Assembly (NCBI RefSeq): GCF_035594765.1
Contig: NC_085841.1
Location: 246,594,689-246,658,688 of the forward strand
DNA from: Anolis carolinensis
Taxonomy: Eukaryota
Reading direction: 5' to 3'
DNA length: 64,000 nt
The translations under genes were made by a program, and so were the position numbers. A model generated the notes under the pieces. It was not told the origin of the DNA. It did no database searches and saw only the letters and a program-made list of their open reading frames with translations. Positions 1-12,476 of the stretch are shown piece after piece. The stretch's first letter is position 1; each line of letters begins with the position of its first letter.

Positions 1-836
1 AGATGTAACAATTGGAACCCAGGAGCTGGCTTTTATATGTCACTGGATATATAGTCCATTGCTTCCTTTGTTCTTGGCCAGTGGCTTCATCTAGTGAACT
101 TGAGCCAACCTTTCCTTTCCTGTTCATCAAAATGACAATTGAAATGAAATTTATCATTTTCTTGGCCGTTACAGATGGAAATGGCTGAAATAAGTATTTC
201 TTTCTCTTTTGTGCTCAGAATGACTGACCTTTCAAATGTCCTACTGAGTCTTGTCATTCAGTTCTGAAGGGGAAACTAAAACTACTGCAAAACAATCTCA
301 CTAGGAAGGAGAACGAGAGAATAATTCAGAGAGCCTGGAACAGCCTCATTTCTAAGAAACCAACCCAGTTTAAATGGATGCATACATTACAGAGCAATTT
401 ACATCTGATATTGTATAATGATGCAAAATTAGTTTTGACTTCAATTCGGCCAGCTTCCTCTTCTCTTGTTCTCATTATCATCATGCTGAATACCTTTTTA
501 TAGCATTTCTCAACCATGTGTGATGGACTATTTTGCATTAGAACTACCATTGATTATCATAGAGCATCTGAGATTGGAACCAAAATGTTATTTAGGAAGG
601 ACTCTGAGCAATGAAAACATGACGAGAGAGAAAAAGAACTGTCTAATATCTATTTTGACTTCTTTTGTTTGTTTATAATACACAAAAGCCCTGAATAAAC
701 TGAAAAGTTCAGAACTGGCCTATATTACTTGGCTTCCAAAATAATAAATCCAGTGTAATATTCCCTTTCATCATGAAGGTCAGAGTGGATATTAATATCT
801 ACCCTTCCAAGCAAAAAAAGAAAGGAGTATTATGGC

Positions 837-1092
837 AGAGAGGAGACATGATATCCATGTATAAAGATGTGAGGGGAAGTCATAGGGAGGAGGGAGCAAG
901 TTTGTTTTCTGCTGCCCTGGAGACTAGGACGCAGGACAATGGGTTCAAACTACAGGAAAGGAGATTCCACCTGAACATTAGGAAGAACTTCCTAACATGA
1001 GAGCTGTTTGTTTAGCAGTGGAACTCTCTGCCCCAAAGTGTGGTGGAGGCTCCTTCTTTGGAAGCTTTTAAGCAGAGGCTGGATGGCCATCT
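837..1092 (+). mobile_element. CR1 LINE, 3' part of ORF2 (5'-truncated, degenerate)
   Basis: Translates to [48 protein letters not shown], the CR1 ORF2 C-terminus; closely matches the copy at 61473-62048. Confidence 0.9.
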
Positions 1093-2239
1093 TGAATACA
1101 TCCCACCTTGAATACAACATTTCTATCCCACCTTACGATACGTGGTTTCAGCCATTTCTATGTGCAGTGAAAGCAGTGAAGTTGATTGTTCACTGGCTTT
1201 AAAAGCTCAAGTTCTCTTCACTTTAGAAACAATATTCACCGGAACCAGTCCTGCATTGTTTGATGGGCTCTATAGGACTCTGTCTTTAAAATGAAGAGAA
1301 ACTATGAGAAGACAATTCTCCCTCGTCCCTGTCCTCCCCAATGGAATGATGTCCTAGGATCATCTAGACAAGACAACTTAAGCATAATGACACCACACAG
1401 CCTGAGAAAATATAATAGCCCATGTCTATGAATTAATAGCAATTATAACAGTGCATGGGAAAAGTGGTGAAGTGCAAACTTCAAAAGCTTTCTTTTCCTT
1501 TCTTCAAATACATGCAAGAAAGTATTGCCTTGCCAGAAGCTGTTAATTTCTCTGTCTTTTTATTTTATTTTGCATTCTGAGCAAGCAGAATCATACACAT
1601 ATCATATCTAAAGCACTATAAGTGGTTTTGTAAAGGAAAAAAAAATCCAGCTGCAAAAACAGAAGGCGGAGAATTTATATATAACTGGAGTGAAAAACAC
1701 AGCTTAATTTTAGAATGCAGCAAAGCAGTAATTTGCTAGCCATTATGAGCAATCAGACTTCAGTACAGAACCTGGGACTTGCAAACCTGAAATGTAAGCA
1801 GGTGTCTAGCTAGTAACTGGAGAATCCCGTTCCAACTATATATTTTTCTGGATAATTTGGAAGCAACAGACACATCTAGAGCTTGGGGAATTATGTGCTT
1901 GAGATAAACAATGGAAATGTCATTTTCCCCATAATTTTGCAGTATATTGGGACAGGAATTAATAGGATCTCATGGACAGTAGCACGGGTAATAGAGGAAT
2001 TTATAAAAACCTTGCCTTTTCCTACACTGCAAGTGGCTATGGCTTCATAGGTATGAGAACTGCATATTTTAAGGAAGGTTTTTTCCAGAGTGGCAGAGAA
2101 GCAGAAATTCCTGTTGCTTCAAATGTTCCAAAGTGTCCAGTGACTAGTGTGATTCATGTTGAGCTGTGGTTCTATATTCATGCTTTGAGGATAACACAAG
2201 TTCAACTAAGAACAGGCTAGGCTGAGTTTCTTTTACACA

Positions 2240-2505
2240 ATTCCAAAAACCCAAAACTATTCAGACAAGCAGCTGAGATAATGACATCTTGGTTTTCTGG
2301 TAGTTAAGTGTACACAAACATTGTTTCTCATAAAAAATTATTTAAAATAGTATATAAAATTGCCTTCAAACTATTTATGAGTTGTATATGAAAAATAAAT
2401 GAATTTTGTGTGCCACATTTCCAGTATTTCATTAAGTACATATTTACAAATACATATATTCCAAAATCTGAAAGAATCCAAAACCCAAAACAGTTCTGGT
2501 CTCAA
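2240..2505. mobile_element. Degenerate TcMar-Tigger (Tigger4/MER46-like) non-autonomous DNA transposon
   Basis: Ends in TTCCAAAATCTGAAAGAATCCAAAACCCAAAACAGTTCTGGTCTCAAG, resembling the Tigger4/MER46-type subterminal sequence; recognition only. Confidence 0.5.
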
Positions 2506-2581
2506 GAATCATAGAGTTGGAAGAGACCTCATAGGCCATCCAGTCCAACCCCCTGCCAAGAAGCAGGAAATTGCCATCAAA
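2505..2581 (-). mobile_element. CR1 3' tail fragment
   Basis: AGAATCATAGAGTTGGAAGAGACC..GGCCATCCAGTCCAACCCCCTGCC, the same reverse-complement CR1 3' end seen at 26579 and 61387. Confidence 0.85.
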
Positions 2582-4211
2582 GTGTGGGGGACATAGTTTT
2601 AAAAGGGACTTTTCAGGGGTACTTGCAATGACTATAAGTCCCATATGTCCTGATTTATGTTTGGATGTTACTTTTCAAGGATAAAAGTACATCAAGACAG
2701 AACTGGTTAGCTAGTACTCCCTAAGTTTCCCAGCCATTTTGGAGTTATGCTTGCAATGGAAGTAGATAAGCCTGGCTGGAGGATACTATGCTCAGGGTCA
2801 GTGCCATGAAAATACTATTGTCTAAAGAATCACATGTTGTTTCATGATGTTGTTTTTTTGCTTCTTAGAACAGAGAAACAAATGGAAATGTATGTTAGTT
2901 AAGATGCTTGTGGCGTAATCAATTTTAGACCAAAGAGATGATTGATCTTTGAAGACCAATAAGAATGTGTTTTCAACTTTCTATGAAAGTAATAAAAAGC
3001 CTTGCAACCCCATTTCAGGTTGCGACAAAATCTTTGATAGCATTCCTGTATGCATTTTGTTGTTATTGCTATGGCCACGCAATAAACAGCCTTTTTGCAT
3101 TTTGAAGATCCAACTTTCATGGTGTCCTTCCTCGCCCTCTCCACTGGAAGAGGGCTCCTGCTTTTGAACTTGGATTAAAGGAGTACTTTTTGCATCTTTG
3201 CCCCTTCAAGAGCACCCCTGACAGATGGCCATCCAGCCTCTGCATACATATGACTGAGGCTAGTGAACATTTTTCACTAGCAGACATTGAAGATATGTAT
3301 ATGTTCTCCCAAACTATTATGCATAATACCTCACTACAGCTCATTGTTCATTCTCCGTTCAGAGCATTTGAAGTTTGTTCTCTATTCAGGCTGCTTGATT
3401 GGAATAAATTGGTCTAATTGTGAAATGAACTGCCACTTTTCTTTCCCCCTTCACCCCCTGCCCCACTCCTGGATTAAATGAGACTATGGCAAATGAGTTG
3501 CTTTTTCAGGCTGACACCTATCGCAATAGCAAATACTACCTATAACATAAGCTTTATCTCTGAGTTGAAATGACTCCATCCAAATAAAGGACATATTCTA
3601 TTATCCTCGCTCACATTTTACCTTAATCTCCAATTTTATTATGCTTTCTTTTCTCTTTTTCTGATTCTAATGGCAGTGCCTCCTGCATTTCTTTTAAGTT
3701 GCCTTAAGCAGATGTTGTCATTCAAAAGTATTTTGACAGGAATCAAAGCCAGACCAAAAATGATGATTGACTCCTGTGATTCTGTAAGTTTTCCTTTGTT
3801 TACATGCAACTCCTTCTGTCCAAATCACTTTGATTGAGGTTCTGATGTTTCTAATTTAAAGACAATTGCTATATCTTAGAGGCATGAATGATCATTCTAT
3901 TACTGAAAGAGCAGACAGCATTGGGCAGGCTCCAAATGGCTTCTTCAAAGCAATGCTGGAAGAAAAAAAGCAGTTCTTCCCTACCGTGTGCATCTGTGAA
4001 GATGCTATCTCTGGACTTGGATAATATTGCTGGATCTTTTACAGCCTGTGTTCTTCTTTGACTTCTGAGACCTCGTTTCATATGCTCCCCAACTTCTCTG
4101 ATTGATCCTCATTTATGCCGTTCAACTTTTTTAACTTCCAAAATGAATTTATGGAACTTATGTGTGGAAGTATAGATTTTCAGCTTTACTTCACATGTCA
4201 GAATTCAAAGA

Positions 4212-4407
4212 CATAGCTGTATTAGTCTGGAATATCAATATGAAGAGGGATCTTGTAGCACCTTAGAGGCTAACTGGGAGAACAAAGTTGATAGCGTAAG
4301 CTTTTGTAGAGTAAGTCTGAGGAAGTAGACTTAGTCTATGAAAACCTAATCTACCAATTTAGTCCTCTCAGATAGTCTCTAAGGTACTGCTGGGTCTTTT
4401 TGCACAC
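4212..4407. mobile_element. Penelope-like element remnant with inverted pseudo-LTR arms
   Basis: Imperfect inverted repeat (ACCTTAGAGGCTAACTGGGAG.. vs ..CTCTCAGATAGTCTCTAAGGT); right arm starts with the hammerhead-type core CTGAGGA-stem-GAAA. Confidence 0.6.
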
Positions 4408-4431
4408 TTCATAGGTTAGGATAGAATCCAA

Positions 4432-4686
4432 CTCTACCTAGAAATCAAGATGACTAAAGTGAGACTGTCATACTTTGAACACATCATGGGAAGGTATGGC
4501 TCATTAAAAGATGGTAAAATGGGAGACAGTGGGGGGAAATGGAAAATTATGGTCCAGACACATACATTCAGTCAAGGAAGTCATGGCCTTAAATTTCCTA
4601 GATTTACAGGGCTGATGATAACAAAGATCTTTCATTCATGGGGTGCCATAGACTGAAGTTGATTGGAGGCAATTAACAGCAACAAC
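4432..4686 (+). mobile_element. RTE/BovB-type LINE 3' end, old
   Basis: LE.KMTKVRLSYFEHIMGR resembles the RTE ORF C-terminus (cf. LEAKMKYF.. at 24915); ends in a CAA-type tail. Confidence 0.7.
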
Positions 4687-4864
4687 GCCTGGCCTTCCAG
4701 ATACTCACAGCAACCCTAGCCAGTAGCCACCATTGCTGGTTGTGAGATAGATTTAGAGCAGGAGTCTAGCAAAATCTGGAGAGCCACAGAACTTTCACAT
4801 TTAATCTACATTATAGCAGGGAACGGAAATATTCTTCCTTTAAGACTTTGAAAGGGAGACAGAA

Positions 4865-5078
4865 TGTTACTGTAATGGTAGACTCTAGAAGACTGGGGAA
4901 ATTGAATCTCAACTCAGCAGTGGATATATCCACTGAGTATCCAAGGAAAGTGAGTATCCAAGGAAAGTGAGTATCAGAGGTAGGGGACGGCAAACCTCTA
5001 ATGAATAAATCTTGCCAAGAGATTCCTCTCATAAGGTCACCATAAGTTGGTTTCATGAAGGTAGAACGCAACAGCAAA
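4865..5078 (+). mobile_element. Old tRNA/CORE-type SINE with RTE-like tail
   Basis: GGCAAACCTCT..GAATAAATCTTGCCAAGA..GGTCACCATAAGT..GAAGG..CAACAGCAA; contains a local 17-bp tandem duplication GAGTATCCAAGGAAAGT x2. Confidence 0.5.
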
Positions 5079-7223
5079 ATTTCTGAACACATTAAGAGGA
5101 AATATATTCCTAGCCAAATCACTGACAGCACTAAATGTTATCCATGACCAACCTATGGCCTTCATTAGGTAGTAAAAAAAAGAAATACCTTCAAGTGAGA
5201 TTGTTTACTAAGAATTTCTTTCTTTCAATTGCCACACTAAAAGAGGAAGAAGAAATGCTACAGGTTTGTTTACAAATCTATAAATGATGGGCTATTAGAA
5301 AACCCTGCTTAATACACTGTCCATCTGCTAGCTTCTAAATATAAATGTGAAAATGTTTTTTCTTTCCCTTTTCACATTTACTAGCACAGTATCTCAGCAA
5401 CTGTAGATTTGTTGTCATTAGACCATGAACTATAGCATTTGCCATCAACACTGATGAATAAATATTCCAGCTTAATGATTTATTCATGATGAATGATAAT
5501 GTGACTGTACACATACCACAGAATGCTTATAAGCAAGTCAGCCAAAAAAAAAAAAACCACCTTAGAAACAAATAAGTTTTATTTGGCACAAGCTTTTGTG
5601 GGCCAGAGCCCATTTTATCATTCTATAGATGTGCCACGAATGCCCAAGCTTGTTAGTCTGCAATGTGCTCAAACACTCCTTAATGCCCTTTGTTCTGACC
5701 GACTAAAGTGACCACACCATAAAATGATTGGAAAGTTGTAGAATCTAAGGTGATTTTGCACACCCATACACATACCAGTCTCCAACACTTCCGGCATCCC
5801 GATTTTTAATTTTGAGAACATGGTCAATTTCCCCCCACATTCCTTAGGGGCAACTTTGTCATGGAGCATTTTAACATTGGGACAGCCTTTTTAAAAAACA
5901 GGAATTGGCTTTCATTCAACTTTCGGTTTAAAAAAAAGCCTCTCCAGAACCTAAAAAGGGTAACGGAGGCAAAACCATTGGTAAACTGTATCTCAGTACT
6001 CTCTCTGGTACATGAAAGTCATTTCCTTTCCCTATCAATGAAAGTTTAAAAGTGAAAGTGAAGTTAGTCAGTGGAAGAATGTGCAACTTTTCAAAAAACC
6101 ACTCACCTTCCATGAGGTGTTAATTCTCTTCTTGCTTCTGTCCACATCTCCTAGGAAGCAAGAAAGTTCTTACTCATTAATGACCCAGATAGGGCGAGGA
6201 AGGAAATGTAGTATTTTGACTGGATTGGCATGCCACATTAAGCACACAAAAAAAACCTGGTTATGTGTATTCAGTCTGCAAGAGTTGGTGCATACAACCC
6301 ACTTAATTTCACTTTACTAAACCCACTTGCATGACTAGCCAAACAAAGACATAGCTGGTTACTGGTATACCTTCTCAGTATCCCAATTTGCCCAGTTCAG
6401 TTCCTACTTATCATCTGTCATCCCGCTTTTTAAGATACTTTTAAAGTATTCCAGCTGTTCCAGTTGCTGTGAACTGAATTCAAAGTACAAGAATAGTTTT
6501 CACCTCGTTAACTCAGGAGTGTGGAAAAGAAGAAGAGACAATGGAATCTTGTCCTTTCATGTAGGCTCAGGAAAAAGCAAACCCTTTCTAGGTTGTCTTT
6601 TCTTCCTCCCTTCCTTCCTTTCCCCCCTTCCTTCCCAAAAGGTTATGAGCAGAGAGTCTATTTAAGTTTGTAAAACAAGGGAAATATATCATTTTTGACT
6701 GTATATTTATATAGGTTTGTTTCATAATCTGAGGCATGATAATCTATTGAGCTAAGTGAGGCATTCACTTGAGACAATGGATGCAGTAGATCCACTGATG
6801 ATATTTATCAATGCTTCTTAAAGAGTTTTGATTTTAATGAGTTGTCAGTAAGCCTTCCACAAGTACAAACAACAGGACAAGCCTGAAGAAAGGTCCCATG
6901 TGCTACAAGGAAGGTGCTGTGGAATTCAAAGAGTAGAAATAGGATTTGTGACTGCCAAAAAGGATGTGTATGTCCCCAACAAGATATGAGTTGTCTATTA
7001 CCTGGTCAAGCAGGTTTCACCCAGATTCCCCTTATTCTTATTTCTCCAATCAGCCAGTGCCAGAACATTCCCATTGATTCCTTATTGACTTCTGATTACA
7101 AGAACCCAACTTGTGATCTCAGGTCTCATCCCTGAAATCTCAAGGAATGGGAAACAGCTGAATTGGCTTCTCTGGTGGCTGCATCAGGATAGCCTGACAA
7201 GTTGAGCTGCGTGATAGTGTTTG

Positions 7224-8709
7224 TGTTGTGAATGCGCCTTCGGAGACTGTGAATGATAGTGGTGGGATCAGGAGAGGAAGGAAAAACCCTCGTGAGGAGG
7301 GCTCGTTGGAGGATTTGTTTAGGAAAAGCATCAGGGAGACTGATGGGGAGTCTTCTGAGGAGGATTCATGTGGGGATCCTGAGGTGGAAATGGATGCTGG
7401 GGAACAGGTGTTAATGGAGGAATTGGGTACAGACTGGGCACGGGCACCGGAGATGCTTGGGGATGAATCGGAGTCCATGGATACTGCTGATGCTGGAGAA
7501 GCTTGGGTGTCTTCAAACGCAGATCCCACTTGGTCTGCTTGGAGGAGTGAGAGGGGGTCCACAGGTATGGATAGAGTTGGGCATGGGCAGGATGACTGGG
7601 ACTCTGATGAGGAATTCGGAACACTTGACCCAAGGGCATTGGCTGTGTGGAGTTCTGATTCAGATTAAGAAGTTGAGACACCTGCTCTTTGAGCGTGGAT
7701 AGTTTGGAAGCCCAGGGAGACCTGGATATATTGGGGTTGTTTGGCCATTATACCTTGTGTGTGGCAAGGTGTTGCTGGGCACCATTGGATTTCTTGTGTG
7801 TGTTACTGAAGACTGGACTTGGACTTTGCAATGGATGTAAGTTTAATCTGGGTTATTCTGCAACGGAGAGCTGGAATTGTGTGGGTTTTCCTGGATTGCA
7901 CTGTTATTACTATTTTGTATTAGCTGCTGTTAGCCCTCGTTGCTTTGGCTCTCTGTGCCATTTCATGTTGTGACCTTCTTGGATGACTTCAACCTCTCGG
8001 ACCTTGGACTGGTACTTGACTCAGCTTTGCTCTTCGCTCTCAATCCGTGGCTTGGTGTCGTTCTCTATTCCGTGGCTGTCTGCTGTTGCTGACTATTACC
8101 TTCACTCCTGATACCGACGCTGTCTGCTTATCCCGACTTTGGACTGGCTTGACGACATTCTCCCGCTCTGCTCCTTTAACTCCTGGCTTGGCGTTTGCTT
8201 CTGCAGCAGCTTGGCGCTGCTGGTTTATCCCGACTTCGGACCGGCTTGAAGACGCTTTCCCGCTCTGCTCCTTTAACTCTTGGTTTGGTGTATGTTCCAG
8301 CAGCGGTTGCTGCGAACTCGCCAGCATCTCGCTGTTTTGCTGGCTTTGCTGCTCTCAACTGGGAGTTCCCTAGCTCAGTTTGGGCATTTGTTTGTTTTGA
8401 ACTCCTATTTGTACTTTAGAGTTTTGGGAAAGGTTTGTGGGCTTCAATACTACTTACTTTAGTTCATGCCTCCGTTTTTCAGCCCATTGTGAACTTTTGG
8501 GTCAAGTTCTAGAACTTTAAATTTAACCTGGATTTAACTCTAATCCGGATTATTTGCCAGTTCTTGTTTTTTGGGGTTTTACCCGCTTGTTCTACTTAAT
8601 AGCACTGAAAGTTAAGTGTTTTAAGTCTTTTTAGTTTGTTGAGCTATTTTTTGGACTGTTGCTTTAATAAACTCTATTTTGCTCTCTAATTGGCATCTGA
8701 CTTTTGACA
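7224..8709 (+). mobile_element. Solo LTR (1486 bp), LTR retrotransposon, probably Ty3/Gypsy
   Basis: Begins TGTTGTG, ends TTGACA; exact 5-bp TSD GTTTG at 7219-7223 and 8710-8714; AATAAA at 8666-8671; internal ~97-bp direct repeat at 8128 and 8225. Confidence 0.85.
7228..7668 (+). CDS. LTR-borne acidic ORF (146 aa, GTG start; frame open from LTR nt 2)
   Basis: ORF track; D/E-rich with basic patches RRGRKNPR and RKSIR; lies at the very 5' end of the solo LTR. Confidence 0.4.
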   Translation: MNAPSETVNDSGGIRRGRKNPREEGSLEDLFRKSIRETDGESSEEDSCGDPEVEMDAGEQVLMEELGTDWARAPEMLGDESESMDTADAGEAWVSSNADPTWSAWRSERGSTGMDRVGHGQDDWDSDEEFGTLDPRALAVWSSDSD

Positions 8710-10754
8710 GTTTGGGAGAAGATCAGATGTGTTCCTGATTTAAGACAGAAGACCTTTGAAAAATATTTCAAAAGGTCAGAAGATTCCAGGAGCTTTGTGT
8801 CCTGGAAAGTCCTCGTTCCAATGGAAGCACTAAAGATGGGCAGTATGTGGCTCTCCAAATCTTGGATAGTAACCGTAAGTATCTTAACTATTTGCTCTGC
8901 TGGTTAAGGCTCAGGGGAGTAGCAATCCAAGAACATCTGGGGACCACATCTGCCCCATTCCCTGCTCCCTAATATTTTCTTGACTTAAGGGAGATGCATA
9001 TAAGTAGTTGATTTCAACAAGCTTTTAGAAGCTTTAATGGAAACAAATGTATAGAATCAGCCTGCCTATCTTGTGTCTCATTAACTTCTATGCCAGAAGT
9101 TTTGAGTTTGTAAATCCTCTGGTGACACAAACCTCTTCAGTTTTATTTCTCCCAGCAAAGTGCCTGGAGTGTTTCATTGGTACCTACATCAGCAAAATAC
9201 TTTGAAAGCTCTCACTCTTGACAACTAAAATGCAATTGTGTCATTAAAGTTGCTTGCTTAAAAGTTCTTCAAAAAGAGTTTCTAAATCTTTTTTTAAAAG
9301 GATCAGATGTCAGGGATTTTTTTTTTTAAACCAGTCATTTCCTTAATACTGCCCCACATATTCTGAAGCATATGATGTCAAAAAGGATCAAGCTATTTTC
9401 ATTAATATCTGCCCTGTGGATAGTTGAATAGTTCAACAGAATGTCATTACAGCTTATTTAATTATGAGAAAAGAATCACATGAGAGATTTCATATTTAAT
9501 CCCTGAAAACATGAGTGGCATGGTTCTGAACAGTTAGGAAACAGATTTTCTTTTGATTTTATATAGATTGGATTGATACAAGATTTTTCTTAAATTGTGG
9601 AGCAGCATGAGTCAAAAATGGAATATCTTCTCTCCTTTACTAGCAAGTTTAATGCTATTGTGTAACTGAGTGCTGGCACACAGGAAGTTCATAAAACAAC
9701 TGGATTTATTTAAAGGAGTTTAAAAAAAAAAAGAAGATGATATACAGGTAGCATCTCATTCCAGAAAAATTGGTCAGAATACATAAGACGTGTTTTTTAA
9801 TGTCTGTTGGAAATGTGAAACACTCAGATGTACATAGGATGCTTGACCTGCCTACTAAGTAAAGCTTTCATTTTTAGACAATTGAAAGGCTATGCTAGTC
9901 CTCTAAACACAGAGGCCTCCAAATGTTTTCATTTGTTCTGAAAAAAAGAGACAAAGGTAGCTTGAATGGATGAAAATGAAACTAAAATTCATTCATGCAT
10001 TCACATTCAACTGGTCTGCACTGGATGCATTCTTTGGCATTAATGAAATAGATTAGAGCTCTTTGTATAGGTCACAGAAAAGTCATAGAATTGGAGGAAT
10101 CAGAGAGTGAATGAACAGTAAAAACGGAAGTGTGCCAAATTCAGTTTAATTTAGATAACTGTATCTGGGCACCTGCACATGCCATGCTACGCCATGCCAT
10201 TAGGGTCAGCCATACAGAAGTTGCAGCCAAAGCTAAAGCAGCTGGGACTTACCACTCAAAATGATGTGAAAATTTTAGAATAGCAATGAGAAAACATGTG
10301 GCTCTCCAAATATTGTTGTACTTCAACTCCTGTCAAGCATATATGCTATGCTTAACAGGTAGGGGCTTGGGGGGTTATTGCTCAATATCTGGAGCAGCAG
10401 TTCTTAACATTTTCTATTGTTGTTGCTGTTGTTGTTGTTATTATTGTTTATTATGTTTATTTGTACCACACCTTTTCTCTCCACAAAGTTAGTTTCTTTG
10501 GCATGGACTCACTTTAAATGTCTTTTGTTGCCACAGATCATCAAGATTTAACTTGAGATTTTTAAAAACCCTAAAGGTAATCAAATATTTATTTAAAGTT
10601 GCTTGTATGTACGTCCTCCTATTACACTATTTTATTAGAATACAATAACAACAGTAATAATTACACCAAATGTTTAATATTATTTAATACTTTTAATTAA
10701 TTGATTAATTATAAGTCCTGGATTTCATTTACAAACTTTGTTATAACAGGTTTA

Positions 10755-10870
10755 GGGAGCTTCTACACAACCCTAAAACCCATGCTGAAGTGGGATTAAA
10801 TAACCCGCTGTGTCGTGGGTTCTTGTGCCCACTCACCCACCCAAACCCTGGGCTTGCCTGAGGGATGTGT
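10755..10870. mobile_element. Terminal fragment of a non-autonomous DNA transposon (same family as the element starting near 45788)
   Basis: GCTTCTACACAACCCTAAAACCCA..GGATTAAATAACCC resembles GCTTCTACAGAGGGCAAAAACCCA..GGTTAAAATAACCC at 45790. Confidence 0.45.
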
Positions 10871-10942
10871 GTTGCTAATATCAATATTTCTATAAGCTTT
10901 CTATTCCTTTCTGCTGTGAATCCCACCAGTTCAAACACATTA

Positions 10943-11265
10943 CAGTTGAGTCTCACTTATCCAACATAAACGGGCCAGCAGAATGTTGGATAAGTGAATA
11001 TGTTGGATAACAAGGAGAGATTAAGGAAAAGCTTATTCAACATCAAATTTGGTTATGATTTTACAAATTAAGCACCAAAACAGCATGTTATACAACAAAT
11101 TTGACAGAAAAAGTAGTTCAATACGCAGTAATGCTATGTAGTAATGACTGTATTTACGAATTTAGCACCAAAATATCACGATGTATTGAACACATTGACT
11201 ACAAAAATGCGTTGGATAATCCAGAATGTTGGATAAGCGAGTGTTGGATAAGTGAGACTCTATTG
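10943..11265. mobile_element. Tc1/mariner MITE (323 bp)
   Basis: TIRs CAGT(T)GAGTCTCACTTATCCAAC / GTTGGATAAGTGAGACTCTA(T)TG with flanking TA; near-identical to 17309-17631. Confidence 0.92.
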
Positions 11266-12280
11266 TAATTGAAAATAATGCAAGCAAAAATCTAGGAAAG
11301 GTTTCACAGGTTTCATTTTATTTCAAGTCCTCACATGGCCAAGATGGGAAATACCCTCTGCCTATGTTAAAATCACTCAATACCATCTCAGCTAACAAAT
11401 TCCCAGTTATAATATAGGCCTCTGACTGGAATAACATCTCAATTTTTCTTTGGTATGCTCTTTGACATGTTTGCCAGATGAAGAAGCCGGTGTAGCTTCA
11501 AGAACTTACAACAGTTACTGGAAACCTATGTTTCTTGGCTTGTCCACTATTGTCAGTATTTTTTTAAAAAAAATCAATATTTTTTATTGGTAAATTTTTT
11601 AAAAATGAAAGCAAAGAGTATAAATAAACCTTTTACTCCTATTTTAATGTAATGTTAGTCACATTGTAAAATCACAATAAAATAAAATAAATTGAAAAGG
11701 CATGAATAAAAGAACTTCTTTAAGCAAACAATGAGATTTGTCTGAGGAATGAAAGTGCATGTATTAATGCACATGCATTTACCATTTTTTTGTACACAAC
11801 CCATTAAAAGTGTGGGTGATTATTAGACTTGTGCAAATCAGCTGGAGGGCAATCTGTTTTTGGTATCTGAATTTTGTTGGGTACCCAGATCCATTTTTGG
11901 GAGCCTCCCGAAAATTGGCTAATGGAAAAATCTGTTTTCAGCTAAGCAGTGGAAAGATCTGGGAAGATTCAGCCCATTGGTTGCAAATGGGGAACTTATG
12001 AGGCTCCATTTTTCATTTCTGGGATCCTTTCCTTTCTTCCCTTCAGGGAAACCTAAGTTTTAGGAATGAGGTTGAGGAAGCACCCTTCCTGGGCTCCTTT
12101 TCTTTCTTCCTTTCAAGGGAGCCTGGGTCTTAGAAATGGGGTTAAGGAAGCATGAACCTCATGCTCCCAAATAGAAGGAAAGAAATTGCACCCAGCAGCC
12201 AAGGGGCCACTTTGGGTGAAAAAAACATGGAGGCTGAGCCCTTCGGAGCCATTTGGAGGAGCCAAAAAAGCTATAGAATC

Positions 12281-12476
12281 CAGGGCCGTAGCCGGGGGGG
12301 GGGGGGGGGGTTAAGGGTTCCACCCCTCCATACCAAATTGAGTCAGGTTAAAAAAACATGGTTTAGTCATTAATTTTAATTGGTTAACCAATTGATGATT
12401 AAACCAGTTTTTTTTTAATCTGACACATTTCGGGGGGAGGGGTTGAACTTTTAACCCCCCCTCAGCTACAACCCTG
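12281..12476. mobile_element. hAT-type MITE with poly-G/poly-C subterminal tracts
   Basis: CAGGGCCGTAGC..GCTACAACCCTG termini; degenerate 8-bp TSD ATAGAATC / GTAGAAGC. Confidence 0.75.

Noticed and set aside
7140-7562. 140-aa Ser-rich minus-strand ORF
   Set aside because: Antisense shadow of the acidic plus-strand LTR frame, and it crosses the LTR boundary
8128-8315. ~97-bp direct repeats (also 12017-12152 and 28537-28710) as a possible spacer array
   Set aside because: Two-unit tandem duplications, mostly inside transposons, with no repeat-spacer periodicity; eukaryotic context excludes CRISPR
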